NCBI GenBank assembly: GCA_950097015.1
Contig: CATNEN010000002.1
Coordinates: 7,316,001-7,380,000 of the forward strand
Length of the DNA stretch: 64,000 nt
Reading direction: 5' to 3'
From: Macrostomum hystrix
Taxonomy: Eukaryota; Animalia; Platyhelminthes
Made by a program: the position numbers and the translations under genes. Positions within the stretch are counted from its first letter, which is position 1. Each line of letters starts with the position of its first letter. Positions 1-12,262 of the stretch are shown piece after piece. The notes beneath the pieces are model-generated. The model searched no databases. It worked only from the letters and a program-made list of their open reading frames with translations, and was not told the origin of the DNA.

Positions 1-265
1 GAATCGAACAGCAAGCTGGGCTCGCAGCGCAGTCCGCAGTGGAAGCAGATTAGCGATGACGAAGTCGCCGCCGCCGCTGCTGCTGCAGTTGCTTCTGTTT
101 TAACGAAAAACCCGGCGTCCGCCCATCTCTCCGCGCTGCCATTGTCTTTGTCGCGGGACTCTTTGTTATTTTCGCTTTCATTGGGTGACTTCGGGCTGAT
201 TCTGCGTCCCTCTGGGAAAGTTTCAAGACGACGTTTCAGTGTCAGGAGGTCCGGGTGGTGAGCAG
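1..265 (-). CDS. Partial exon of a BIR (IAP-repeat)-like protein, running off the window start
   Basis: The minus frame after a candidate acceptor (ccacag, CAG at 268-266) reads AHHPDLLTLKRRLETFPEG...SAERWADAGFFVKTEATAAAAAAATSSSLICFHCGLRCEPSLLFD. The BIR hallmarks RLxTF, AxAGF and CxxC occur in the right order. The terminal His/Cys zinc ligands would lie outside the window. Confidence 0.55.
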
Positions 266-413
266 CTGTGGCCACGAATATAAGCGAGCCTTCACCATGC
301 AGGATTCGGAGTTACATATTTATGACTTTAATTCTGTCTCTTCCGACAAAGCGAACTCATATTTAAATACATGTATTACTAGCTGCAGTGCTCATAAACT
401 AATGAAATCACTT

Positions 414-750
414 AATAATAATAATAATAATTGCAGGAGGGCTGTGGGCAATTGCACATCATTTAGTGACACTAGACCCGCAACCAGCGAGGAGGCAATT
501 CTACCCATTTCGCTGACTCCTGAGCACACACGCTCACACAGGTGTGTACATCTGCCCTGACTTTCTCATCGTCAGGCAGTGTACACTTCACTGTGCCTTG
601 GAGGTTGTACCTCAAGGGCGTAAATTGCACGACAAGCCCCCAAGCCTTCTCTCCGCGGCTGCGCCCCAAATAAATGTGGCCTCGCCATGGAATCGAACGT
701 AGGGACCTTGGTGCGAGAGGCAAACGCGTTAACCGCTCTGCCACCGACCC
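414..750 (-). mobile_element. Full-length tRNA-derived SINE (family A)
   Basis: Head GGGTCGGTGGCAGAGCGG (A box) ... GTTCGATTCC (B box), with an (ATT)n tail. A 13-bp direct repeat AATGAAATCACTT at 401-413 and 751-763 is the TSD. Confidence 0.9.
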
Positions 751-1925
751 AATGAAATCACTTGAACCCTTGAACCAGTTACTTGAAGTCCACTGGTTAG
801 TTTCTATTATGCTTGTGAGTACCTGCCTACTTTTAAGTAGTAAGGATAATCCGAGCGCGCAAAGTTCTCAATGCATGTGTGATAACTGCCAAGAAGAGTA
901 TTGTGAAAGTAATTTCTAAGTCTCAAACAATGGCGGAATCTGTTTTCGACAACTTTCATGCTAAGACAAGCTCCTGGATAATGCCGTTTATTTTTTACTT
1001 CAATCTTACATAAATGCATCTTAATGCTTTAGGGCATTTCTTTTGCAAGTTGAAGTAAATGCAATATAACACGACATTTTACGAGCAGAATAAAATAATG
1101 GCATCTTAAGTCGGCTCAAACAGCGCTCCTAACTGTGTACATATGTTCAGTCCATGGACTGAATCTAAAATCACCCTATAGTTTCTATCCTAGATAAATG
1201 ATACTCATTTTACAACTGTGTGAACTGAAGGAACCCTAGGAAAATTATCTTGGACTCAGGCTGTATTCACTGAAGTTCTTATTGTAAACTTACATGTTAT
1301 GTAAACAAAGACTTCCTGGCGATGAATCCGATTCATTAAATGGCGCAGCTTGTTTGCGGTCTGGTTGCTAAACATGACGGATAAGACCTGTGTTGCGAAA
1401 TCACTGTACTCTACATTGGCCATATTTCAATGCTTTCAAATAGGCAAGTTTCAAATGCTTTTGTAATTCTGCTTCGCGCAAATTATCTTTCGATTTCACA
1501 CATGAGAATCAGTCACATACGAGAAATTAACTTGTATTTATACTGCACAAACGCACTTGTCAAAACTTATACGAGTAGAACATTCCACTTGGATATTCAT
1601 GGCAGTTATTTGAAGAATTCCACTTCCTTTGTGACTCATGGAATTCACAGACTATTAATAGATTATTTTCTGGTGTACATTTCTATCTGGAAAAGAAGAC
1701 TGCTGTACGCTTGTACGAGTACATGCATTGTAGAGTAAATAGAAAAAAGTAGAGAAGGATCATCTAGCAAAAAAATTCATGACTAAATACCTGGTTAAAT
1801 TAAAAACATAACATTTCCGTCACGAGTCCAAAGCTAATTATAATTATTACAATAGCCGTCTGTTTAGTCGCCGTATTCCTTCTTGAGAACTGATGTCACC
1901 AAATGCGAAGCTAATAATAATTATA

Positions 1926-2470
1926 ACTCTCCTCTTGTGCGATTCTTATGAGAGTGACTCTCCTCTTGTGCGATTCTTATGAGAGTGACTCTCCTCTTGT
2001 ACGATTCTTATGAGAGTGACTCTCCTCTTGTGCGATTCTTATGAGAGTGACTCTCCTCTTGTGTGATTCTTATGAGAGTGACTCTCCTCTTGTGCGATTC
2101 TTATGAGAGTGACTCTCCTCTTGTGGGATTCTTATGAGAGTGACTCTCCTCTTGTGCGATTCTTATGAGAGTGACTCTCCTCTTGTGCGATTCTTATGAG
2201 AGTGACTCTCCTCTTGTGCGATTCTTATGAGAGTGACTCTCCTCTTGTGCGATTCTTATGAGAGTGACTCTCCTCTTGTGCGATTCTTATGAGAGTGACT
2301 CTCCTCTTGTGCGATTCTTATGATAGTGACTCTCCTCTTGTGTGATTCTTATGAGAGTGACTCTCCTCTTGTGCGATTCTTATGAGAGTGACTCTCCTCT
2401 TGTGTGATTCTTATGAGAGTGACTCTCCTCTTGTGCGATTCTTATGAGAGTGACTCTCCTCTTGTGGGAT
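1926..2470. repeat. 31-bp minisatellite, about 17 copies
   Basis: Unit ACTCTCCTCTTGTGCGATTCTTATGAGAGTG; decayed copies continue to about 2640. Confidence 0.95.
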
Positions 2471-3508
2471 TTTTAGGAGATTCTTCTCCTAAAAAATCCT
2501 TAGAGAGTCTCCTTAGGAGATTCTAATCTCCAATCTCTAATCTTTAATATCTCCTTGGAAATTCCTAAGAGAGGCATTCTTAGGAGAGTGATTCTCATCG
2601 TTGGTTTCTGAGGACACAGATTCTCCTCCTGTGCGATTCTAAACCATCCATTTTTAATTTAAGCCAGATTTGCCTCTTAGCAGATGAGGAATCCATGCCT
2701 CTGATTTTGAGATGTCGCGACATGCTTAGTCTACGGAAGTCCAACTATTTTTAATCAACTACCTTCGTCTCAAATATCCTAGAGAATCGCTATAGAGTAC
2801 TCGTATCACGCTGTAAGTGCGTGGCTTGTTCTAATTATAACCAGAAATGTTAAAATAGCTGGAGTGTAGCACACTTTGTACACAAATTAAGGTACGGAGC
2901 CTCTCCGCTGTACACTCAGACTGCCGTCAACCCCACCTCAACCATAATCAAGGAAATTTCTGGAAAGTTCTGACTGTTTTAGTTAATGCTCGTTTAGTTC
3001 CATGTTCTTTACTTGTTGGACGTGGAAGCCATGACAGTGTTATGACAATATGGTTAATTGAAAATATTGCGGAAAACTAAACTTAACACTAAAAGCTTAA
3101 TTACTTAAATAACAAGAATTTTTTTTCGTTTACGTGTTTACTTTAATAATAAATTTTGAACAAGCTATAACTAGCCGTATAGAGACAATACAGGACCAGA
3201 TTGCATAGTTTATAGGTGTTACGCATCTGTGATATTTTTTAGAATTTGTATAAATAACAGTTTTAAATTAATTCCAAGGTCAAATTCGTTCCGAAGCAAG
3301 AAATATTATGTTTTTAACGGTATGGCGAAAAAATGATGTGTGACATAAATTATAATGTCTATAAAAACTACTTAGTGGCAGCGCTTAATAGTAGATATAG
3401 AGCTTAGAAATCAGATTAAAACTTTGGTTAGCACCGTTTGAATAGAATCAGATTGTAACGTATACGTGAAGTTGTATATTGCATACATTTTAGTATAGAG
3501 ACCATATA

Positions 3509-3825
3509 GGCCGCGTTGGTTAGAGCCTAGGGCTCCCGACTTGAAGCTGGTCGTGGGTTCGATATTTCGTGACGGAACCACTGACACAATTTATGTCCTG
3601 TAGCAAGACACATAACTCTGTGGTGCTTCAGTTCACCCAGATGTTAAATGGATATATAGAATAAATATATATTTAATTTAGATGTATTTATATATAAAGC
3701 TATAATTGTATAATTGGGTATAATTGAGGGTTGCACTGGCGTCCCCCAATGCAGTCCATATATGGACTGATGAACAGCTAGCTATAACGAGCTATTAAAC
3801 CTTCAATTCAGATGCGTGCGGTCGC
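3509..3825 (+). mobile_element. tRNA-derived SINE, family B, with a CORE/MIR-like central domain
   Basis: A box TGGTTAGAGC and B box GGTTCGAT, then GTCCTGTAGCAAGACACATAACTCTGTGGTGCTTCAGTTCACCCAGATGTTAAATGG. This resembles the MIR CORE block as I recall it (GACCTTGGGCAAGTTACTTAACCTCTCTGTGCCTCAGTTTCCTCATCTGTAAAATGG). The 3' part is shared with 24212-24420. Confidence 0.65.
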
Positions 3826-4546
3826 CTAGCTGTCCGCAGCGATTCTGACGCAATTGGGTAGAAATGTGTGGTAGATGTGTGGTAGAAAATTTGATACCAA
3901 TTTGCATCCTACTTTGTGTTTCTTGCAAGCTATTTGGGTAGCGTAGTAGACGGTGGGTGAGCGAGACATGAGCAGGCTCTCAATTACCGGGTGAACGGAA
4001 ATCAGACAATTAATCAGGTAAGAAGTCAAAATGTTGACGTGATGAATTATTTTTCGCCTATTTTAATTGAGCTTACAGTCATTATTGGCATATAAGCCAG
4101 GCCACATTTTACGTTTAAGGAAACTCGTTTAATGTATATCTCTAATATAAAGCATTCTTTAAAGGACTTCTTGATCCCACACAAAAGAAGTATTGAATTT
4201 TTCGTGTTTTTAAGTCAATATATCATATTTTTGTCGCTTTGTCATCTCTGAATGCATTCGTGAAACACACACTCTTTATCTGAAGGGTTAATTTTGATAA
4301 ATGTTCAAAGTGACTAAAATGTTTAAAAACATTTGTTAACAAACGACCTTCAGAACTTACGGATTTAATAATTTTTGTGTTTGATGATTCTGCAGTATAA
4401 TATTTCAAACGTTCAAATTCCATTCTTACGCGCGGTAGTTTGTTGACTTCTATTACTCGCAGTATATATAGGTTTTTGAAGACTTAATATTTTTTTAATA
4501 CTATATTTTTGTATTTTAAAGCGAAAAAAGTTTTCTAGTATAAAAA

Positions 4547-7500
4547 ATGGCCCATCAGGACAGGGAAGATCAGGTATACTTCGCTAAGCTCGCCGAGCAA
4601 GCCGAACGCTATGATGGTATGTTTAAAAGTTTATATTGCTTGTTTCATTTTATAGGCATATCTATCGCATAGGCAGCTAGCTAGCCTGTCGTCATAGTCA
4701 TCGATAGTATGTCCTTAGTCTTATACTATAAAATGTTTGCATCACCTTTTATCCATATTTGTACTTTTACTAACTGTTCACTTCACTTGAATTTACTAAA
4801 AATGAAAACACTGCTGTGTAATATTCTAATGCTTATGCTAAATTATGCCTTTGTGAAAGTTTTTAGAAGTTCGACTTCTAGTAACACTACTAATTATTAA
4901 ACATATATATTCTTCTTAAACCTAAATTTTTTGGAAAAGCCATGATTTAATATTTGGCATTAGTTGACTATGGTTCTTGTTCTTTTTAAAACATGTTTTA
5001 ATTTGTGCAATAATTTTTTTGCTTTTCAAGAAGAGATCATAAAAGATCTTATACTATTTTAAGCATATAATATCTAAAATAGACTAATTTTGGATTAAGA
5101 TCTAGATTTTAGATGAATCCAGGTAGCTAAACTTTTAATCTGTAGTCTGTCAACAGTGCATTAATTAGCACACAAAATAAGATTTTTATTAGTATTTTTC
5201 CAGTTTGGTTTGGCATTGTTATTTTTGTGCAATTTTTAATAGATAAATAGAGTTTACAGAAAATATTCAGAGTTCTGTGAGGATTCATGCAATTTATTGG
5301 AATATACTCTGTCCTAACATTGTTAATCCATCATAGCTACTAACCTAAGGGCTCCAATGAGAAATTAAAAGTAAATATTCCATATTTTTGGTTTTCTTGT
5401 GTTTTCAGATCTTGCTTTTCTGAGTTAAAAGAGACCTCACTCATCAAAATTGGTCAAGTAAAAATAGTTATAACATTTTTTATTAACATTTTAAATGTTT
5501 TCATAAGGAAGTGCTTATTCCCACGGTCCCATGCCGATAATTTCAATTTTATCCACACAGATCCGTGCCAATAATTTTCTGCTTATCCACACGGCAGCTT
5601 GTATGAATAGGTCTACTTTCAAGTCCCTACCTATTCTTCTCTGAGCATAAGGCTTTTGCTTCAGAGTATAGTGTATAGTGTACACTATCAATGCATAGTG
5701 TAAAATAATAACAGTGATGTGTGATAATATGTGTGACAAGTTTGGTGCTGACTAGAATTCTGCTGGTTGACTCGTATGATTTTCTTTGATAGACTTCTTA
5801 CTTTTTAAGTCAATACAATTCGAATGAAAACAGGTAATGATGACAAAAGATGTAGTAAGTTGTTATTACATAATTACAATAATTAAAAAGGATGACATTA
5901 ATGTCGGTTAATGAATGTGTAGGTCGAAATGTAGAACACATTCGTAACACACTGGCAACTTTGTCAATCTATTGGCTCGAGGGTTCAACAAAACATTCAA
6001 ACCCGAAAGGGCCTCATTTCAAAAAGACAGAACCATGTGGATAAAATTGAAATTAATGGCACAGCTTATTTATATAAAGAGTTTTAGACCTATTCATACA
6101 AGCTACAGTGGGGATAAAGTTGAAATTATTGGCACGGGACCGTGGGAATAAGCTCTGCCTTTTCATAATGTATTTTTCAACTCTTTTGGCTTTAAGTGGC
6201 AAAGCCATACCTATTTCATAGCTTAACAAAGAGATGTCACATAGACATCAATTTACTATTTACAGTCAATTGCAAAAGCCATCTGAAATGTGTAACATTA
6301 GAGAAACATGTTTCTGGGAGATTCCACTTAAGGAAAATAAAAAGGATTGAGTGTATCATATTTTACATGAAATTTTATTAGGATACACTTAGAAAACACT
6401 ATTTATAAACAATGATTGAAAAAATAAAAATAAAATTTAAACCAAAAAATTTGCAAAGTAAAAAAACAGTCTTTTACTAAAAATATTTGTTAATATAGAT
6501 GTTTGTATCCTCTTTCTTAATTTTTAATTTGTTTATTTCAGTATCAATGCACTAGTAAAATTTTTAAGTTTTACATAAGGTAGTATTTTCTAAATTTTGA
6601 TCACACAGCAAATACTTTAAAAAAATATAATAATGTCAATTATTTGACATAGACTGTCCATAGTTCAGTAACTTGCAGTTAAATTAAACATTTTGGACTA
6701 GTAAATTCAAAATCTTAGTCATAATTCTGTTGAAATAACATAAGATATGTCATTGTAAAGCAGGGGTCAGCAAACTTTTTAGCAAGCGGGCCACGGAGAG
6801 AACCTATAGGACGACAGCGGGCCGTACTAACTGTAGGAATATGAGAAAGGGGAGAGATGAGACACAGGATAGATGAGAAATGGGAGAGATGAGACACCGG
6901 ATAGACAAGACAGGGGAGGGATGAGCCAGAGATGAGAATAGATAAGACTGGAGAGAGACGGGAGACACTGGAGAGATGAGACAGGATACTATAGGTGGTG
7001 GAAGGGGCAATGGGCCAGATTTAGGGGCTTCGAGGGCTGCATCTGGCCCGTGGGCTGGAGTTTGCCGACCCCTGTTGTAAAGTCTTTGCAGTCAAGCAAC
7101 ACTAAAAGGTTTGCCCAGCATGAAGTGATTCACAAGTTCTGAGCCAAGAAATCCACAGTTACAAAAATGGCCACCTTCAAATAAAAAATTATAAATATAA
7201 GTTGTTTATCTTCAAACTTGTAGACCTTGTAGAACTATCCCAGTTTTGAAAAAAAACATTGTCCTCAAAATTTGACAAAATTCCAGTCATTCAAGTTTAA
7301 TTTTAAGATCATGACTAGTGCTTTTATCTATCCAAGCTCAGAATTTTTTAAACATAATTTTTCTCTATTAGCATAAAAATGTACTTTACAAATCATCAAA
7401 CAGAGATGGTCGACTCCATGAAGGCCGTAGCCGTCATGGACGTCGAGCTGACTGTAGAGGAGCGGAACCTGCTGTCCGTGGCCTTCAAGAATGTCATTGG

Positions 7501-8282
7501 AGCCAGGCGGGCCAGCTGGCGCATCATGAGCAGCATCGAGCAGAAGGAGGAGGGCAAGCCCGGCTCGGACAAAGTTGAGCTAGTTCGCAAATTTCGTAGC
7601 CAAGTTGAGAAGGAACTTAAACAGATCTGTGAGGACATCCTGGACGTGCTGGATAGTCATCTCATCCCCAGCGCTACCGTGGACGAGTCGCGCGTCTTCT
7701 TCTACAAGATGAAGGGCGACTACCTGCGCTACATGGCCGAATTCGCCACTGGCGCCGAGCGCAAGGAGGCCGCCGAGAACAGCCTGTCGGCTTACAAGAA
7801 TGCCACGGACATTGCCAACGCCCACCTGCCGCCAACTCACCCGATTCGCCTCGGCCTAGCCCTGAACTTCTCCGTGTTCTACTACGAGATTCTCAACTCG
7901 GCCGACCGGGCCTGTCAGCTGGCCAAGACTGCCTTCGATGAGGCCATCGCCGAGCTGGACACCCTGTCCGAGGATTCCTACAAGGACAGCACCCTGATCA
8001 TGCAACTGCTCAGGGACAACCTCACCCTGTGGACCTCGGACATGCAGACTGGTGACGGTGAGTTGGAGACTAGTGGCCGCCAGTTCAGAGTTAGACAGTC
8101 AGGTGGTATTGTTACTTATTATTGTGTTTTTTATGCCTCAGCCCTGTTTTACGCGTATAACGGCATTGTTGAAATGATTAGAATTTATGTATTATCCGCA
8201 CGGCATCTTGAGCCCGGCACAATACAAACTTATGCCTCGCATTGCAGAAGAGAAAGAGGGCGACAAAGACTCCGGCAACTAA
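4547..8282 (+). CDS. YWHAE: 14-3-3 protein, epsilon type; exons 4547-4616, 7404-8057, 8248-8282; 252 aa
   Basis: Exon 1 reads [24 protein letters not shown]|gtatgt. Exon 2 carries [40 protein letters not shown] and [22 protein letters not shown]. Both introns are phase 1 GT-AG, and the spliced length is 759 nt ending [11 protein letters not shown]. Confidence 0.95.
5507..6159. mobile_element. Mutator (MULE)-type MITE in 14-3-3 intron 1
   Basis: Imperfect TIRs of about 50 bp (GGAAGTGCTTATTCCCACGGTCCC... / ...GGGACCGTGGGAATAAGCTCTGCC) with repeated subterminal motifs. 9-bp TSD TTTTCATAA at 5498-5506 and 6160-6168. No transposase ORF. Confidence 0.85.
6761..7074. mobile_element. hAT (Charlie/Buster-like) MITE in 14-3-3 intron 1
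   Basis: TIRs CAGGGGTCAGCAAACT / AGTTTGCCGACCCCTG and an 8-bp TSD TTGTAAAG at 6753-6760 and 7075-7082. The interior is a purine-rich simple repeat. Confidence 0.9.
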
Positions 8283-9489
8283 GAGGCTGCTCGATGGCCA
8301 ATTTAGAACTAGAAAACCTTGGAGTCCGTGTCGAATGAGAATGAGAAAGATGAACGTTTTTCTGACACAAATTTTCTGCTATACTACTAAGCTAGTAGAA
8401 CACTTGCGTAAGTTATTTATAAAATTCTTAAAATTGTTTTTTCTTCTATGCATTCTTCGATATAGTTTCCTTTCGAATGTCTCTTTAACTCTCAGAACAA
8501 CACTTGGACTTTTTTGTCCTTTCCCCCGTTTCTTCGAAATGCGTCTCATTGTAGCCGCTAATTTAATATTCTGAGGAATAGCTGTTGTGCGTGAAATAAT
8601 TTTTTGTTTATTATAAAACCAAATCGTTTTTGTTCGCAACAATACATCGTTACAATACAATTATTTTAGAAGCTTTTGTTAAGCTTGGAAGAGAGCACAT
8701 CTGAAACAGTTGATGAGCCAGAGAGTGTCCATTGTCCGTGTCTCAACCTAATCCCAGTGCATCATCATGCGTATTCCCTTCTATCCTGTCTCTTCAATTT
8801 TCTTATATTTTTTAGTTTACCAAAATTATTACTTTAAGAATGTTTTCTTTTTCTTTGAAGTTACACCATTTCTACACCAAATGTTGAGACTGCAGTTGGT
8901 GATCTCTCAGGCTGTGTGCCTATAGTAACTAAAATTTAATCGCAAACATACTTTGTTCTCTCTCTATGGACTCTATTAATAGAAATAGTTGTTATTATTA
9001 AGACATAGCTAGCTCTGTTTCTCTGTCCATGGCTGCCTGTAGAGCAGACTTAATTAGCTTCTTTTGCTGTTTCCTGGAAAAGGCCTTTTTAAACCCTGTT
9101 CTACAATAGCTAATAAATCCGGAAAATCGTGTTTTTATTTACAACAATCAAATAATAGACGCTATTCGTATACACTCGCGCAACAGAAATCGATAGTACA
9201 GGACATTTTTGACGCGCTGAACATCCAACTCACAGTTGCTTGCTGCCTGTTCTCTTTTAGCTCCGAGTGAGCAGTAGCTTAATGTAATAGAACAATAAAT
9301 AAAATACTGAACATCCACGTGGAAGTACGTCGCGCTGTTACTATTAAAACAAAAGTTGTAGTTCTTAATCCAGCTTTTTTGTCTCAAATTGATTTGTTGT
9401 TGCTATTAGAAAAGCCAATCTATAGTCGCTCCATTCCACCTAAGGGATGGACTTCAGACATCCTTTCGACACGAAGAAATAAATATTAA

Positions 9490-9781
9490 ATAATGTTTGC
9501 AGAAGGGGCACATCATTTGGTGACACTAGACACGCAGCCATCTAGGAGGCAATTCTGCCAGTTTCGCTGACTTCTGAGCACTCACACAGCGGTATCTACC
9601 CTGACTTCCTCATCGTTAAAAAGTGTACTTTTTCACTGTGCCTTGGAGATTGCCTCAAGAGCGTAAATTGCACAAGCCCCCAAGCCTTCACTCCGCGGCT
9701 GCGCCCCAAATGAATGAGGCCTCGAATCGATCTCAGTGACCTTGGTGCGAGAGGCGAACGCGATAAACGCTCAGCCACTCA
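9490..9781 (-). mobile_element. SINE family A, diverged copy
   Basis: Colinear with 414-750 (CCCCCAAGCCTT...CCGCGGCTGCGCCCCAAAT...GGTGCGAGAGGC), with indels. Confidence 0.85.
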
Positions 9782-10554
9782 TTCTCCTAGACATGCAGGG
9801 GTAAGTATTTTACTGCAACTGGAGGACTAAGCCAAGTCATTTAAACTAAGATAACTTATTTACCGCATCAAAAGGATGCGGTTCCTGGCTTCTAATTGTC
9901 ATGCACTCACATTTTGCTGTCAGTAGCAAGATGCGCTTGTTTGATGTTATAGTGATGCCAGACACATTTTGTTTTCCCAGGACTTCAGCCTAATATGGCT
10001 GAAGGTATTCCAGCGCCCATGCAGCGGGACTTTTACCTGGAATCCCCACATTCAGCATTTGCTAAATTCTGAAATGAAAGAGGGAAAATATGAGGGTAGG
10101 TAAGTCTGCCGCAATGTTTTCACAGACTATTTTGTCCAGAAATATTTAAGTGTCCATGTGGCTTAGCCGAGGGCATGACTGAGTTTCAAACGGCAGCGAT
10201 TCGGAAACTTTTAGAAATTATTGCCTTAAAAAGAAAAAAGTTGTTTACCACGGGTTTACCAGAGGATGCGACTTTTAAAAGCAGAAAAAATTCCAGATTT
10301 TAGAGCAATGGCAAGGGTAGCAACAGTTGAATTTACAGGCTTTAGTTGCTGGGCCAGGAAAATCTGAAAACCTGTCCGAGACAACGAGTCGACATAAAAA
10401 CTTTTATTTGAGCGACAAATAATCATAAGAAATGAGTTCACTGAACTGGCTGTTCTCAATCTAAACACCAATTATCAGCCCCTGACTTCCTGTTATGAAT
10501 GGTCGTAAATTGCAGAATTAGACCAATTTCAATCATGCGGACTAAGGGATACAA

Positions 10555-10620
10555 ATTGTTCCAGTGGAGTCAGCAATCGAACCCCTGACCTCTAGGTCGT
10601 GACTCCGACTGCGCAATTTG
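10555..10620 (-). mobile_element. Isolated tRNA-like SINE head fragment
   Basis: The minus strand reads GCAGTCGGAGTCACGACCTAGAGGTCAGGGGTTCGATT, which contains a B box. No full cloverleaf can be drawn. Confidence 0.35.
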
Positions 10621-11810
10621 CAGCATCCCAGACTATTGGACAAGAAGTCGGTAGTATCCGAATTCAAACTTTTTTTTCTCGTCATGGCAGCCATAACCGT
10701 AGCAGATGGGTCCCAATCAAATTTGGGTGCCGCTGCACTTGGAAGGCCTTGGTACAGTCATCCATCATTGCATGCAGTCTAATATTCTGAAATCCATCTG
10801 CTTCTTTAGTAGGCTAGGCTTATGATTGTGCGCGAGCATCTGTGCTAAAGTTGGAATGCGCCCCATCACCTGGCCAATATGCCTAAAATGGGTCAGTCGC
10901 CGAGAAAGCAGTGATGGGGCGGAGACTGCATGCAATAATCTGGTGTGCAGCAGGATTGGGTTCCAGAATGGGCAGAATGGGCCTCCGTAGATCACGTTTT
11001 TATAATTTGCGTCACAGTTCCAAGGTACACTATGTAGCAGCGCTGTTTGTAGATTCTGTGTTTGGCCTTTTATGACACAACAGCCGCCGGATCCCAGTGC
11101 GACCTGGGTACATTGTGCGAGTCAACGTGTATTGCTTTGTCAAATCTTGTCAGTTATTTTAGAAATTCAAATCAGTAATACTTAAATACGTAATCAATCA
11201 ATAACTCAAGCATGTACTTCTCTAGCTCTGCGCCCAGTCGGCAACATTTACGTGCAGAAGAAATCAATTTCGCTCGTAAATACATTTGTTTAGAAAATGA
11301 AAAAATGTGGGGTAAAAGTTCGACCTTTAGCCGCGACGCTATCGCTGTGCAGGAGCCGAAATCTGCAAATACGAGCTCGTACCATACAAGGCTATGCACC
11401 AGGCAAATCATTCAGCATATGCCCACACATCGAATTATTTGCTATTTTAAAGTGACTCTTTTAACTAAATATTACAGATGTGGATGGCTTCAGCTCTGAA
11501 TTGCGTTTCATGCCTAGCCTCGCAAATATCCCAGAACTAGTGTAGTGAAACTCCTGCGCAATTTCCCCTTGCCCACAACCCCATCCCATCTGTCCCTCCT
11601 CTAGCTGATCCACCAATGTTTCAAGTTGGCCTTCCGTCTGCAGTGGCAGATCAACAATCTAGTCCGTATGGTTATTATTCTGTGCAATGGGCTGCTGCTA
11701 ACACTTCTGGCGTAGTTCATTGATGAAATTTAAGCCACCTCTGTTTCTAAGCAAAATTCGGAATTCGGAATTTCAATTTGAATCTAGAATTGTCTAAATT
11801 CGCCATAGGA

Positions 11811-12262
11811 ACAGGTGAATCCCTATTGCTTCAGTGGTAATCACAGGTGAATCCCTATTACTTCAGTGGTAATCACAGGTGAATCCCTATTGCTTCAGTT
11901 GTAATCACAGGTGAATCCCTGATGCTTCAGTGGTAATCACAGCTGAATCCCTATTGCTTCAGTGGTAATCACAGGTGAATCCCTATTGCTTCAGTGGTAA
12001 TCACAGGTGAATCCCTATTGCTTCAGTGGTAATCACAGGTGAATCCCTATTGCTTCAGTGGTAATCACAGGTGAATCCCTATTGCTTCAGTGGTAATCAC
12101 AGGTGAATCCCTATTGCTTCAGTGGTAATCACAGGTGAATCCCTATTGCTTCAGTGGTAATCACAGGTGAATCCCTATTGCTTCAGTGGTAATCACAGGC
12201 GAATCCCTGATACTTCATTGGGGTCTCAGGTGAATCCCAGATTGCTTTAGTGGGGTCACAGG
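11811..12262. repeat. 32-bp minisatellite, about 14 copies
   Basis: Unit ACAGGTGAATCCCTATTGCTTCAGTGGTAATC. Confidence 0.95.

Noticed and set aside
680-750. tRNA gene at SINE A heads (also 14438, 31954, 48871)
   Set aside because: The A and B boxes continue into a shared 270-bp body with a tail and TSD, and no Pol III terminator follows a cloverleaf. These are SINEs.
7379-8338. 319-aa single-exon ORF as the 14-3-3 protein
   Set aside because: Its first 8 and last about 90 codons are intron or UTR read-through. The spliced 3-exon model restores the conserved termini.
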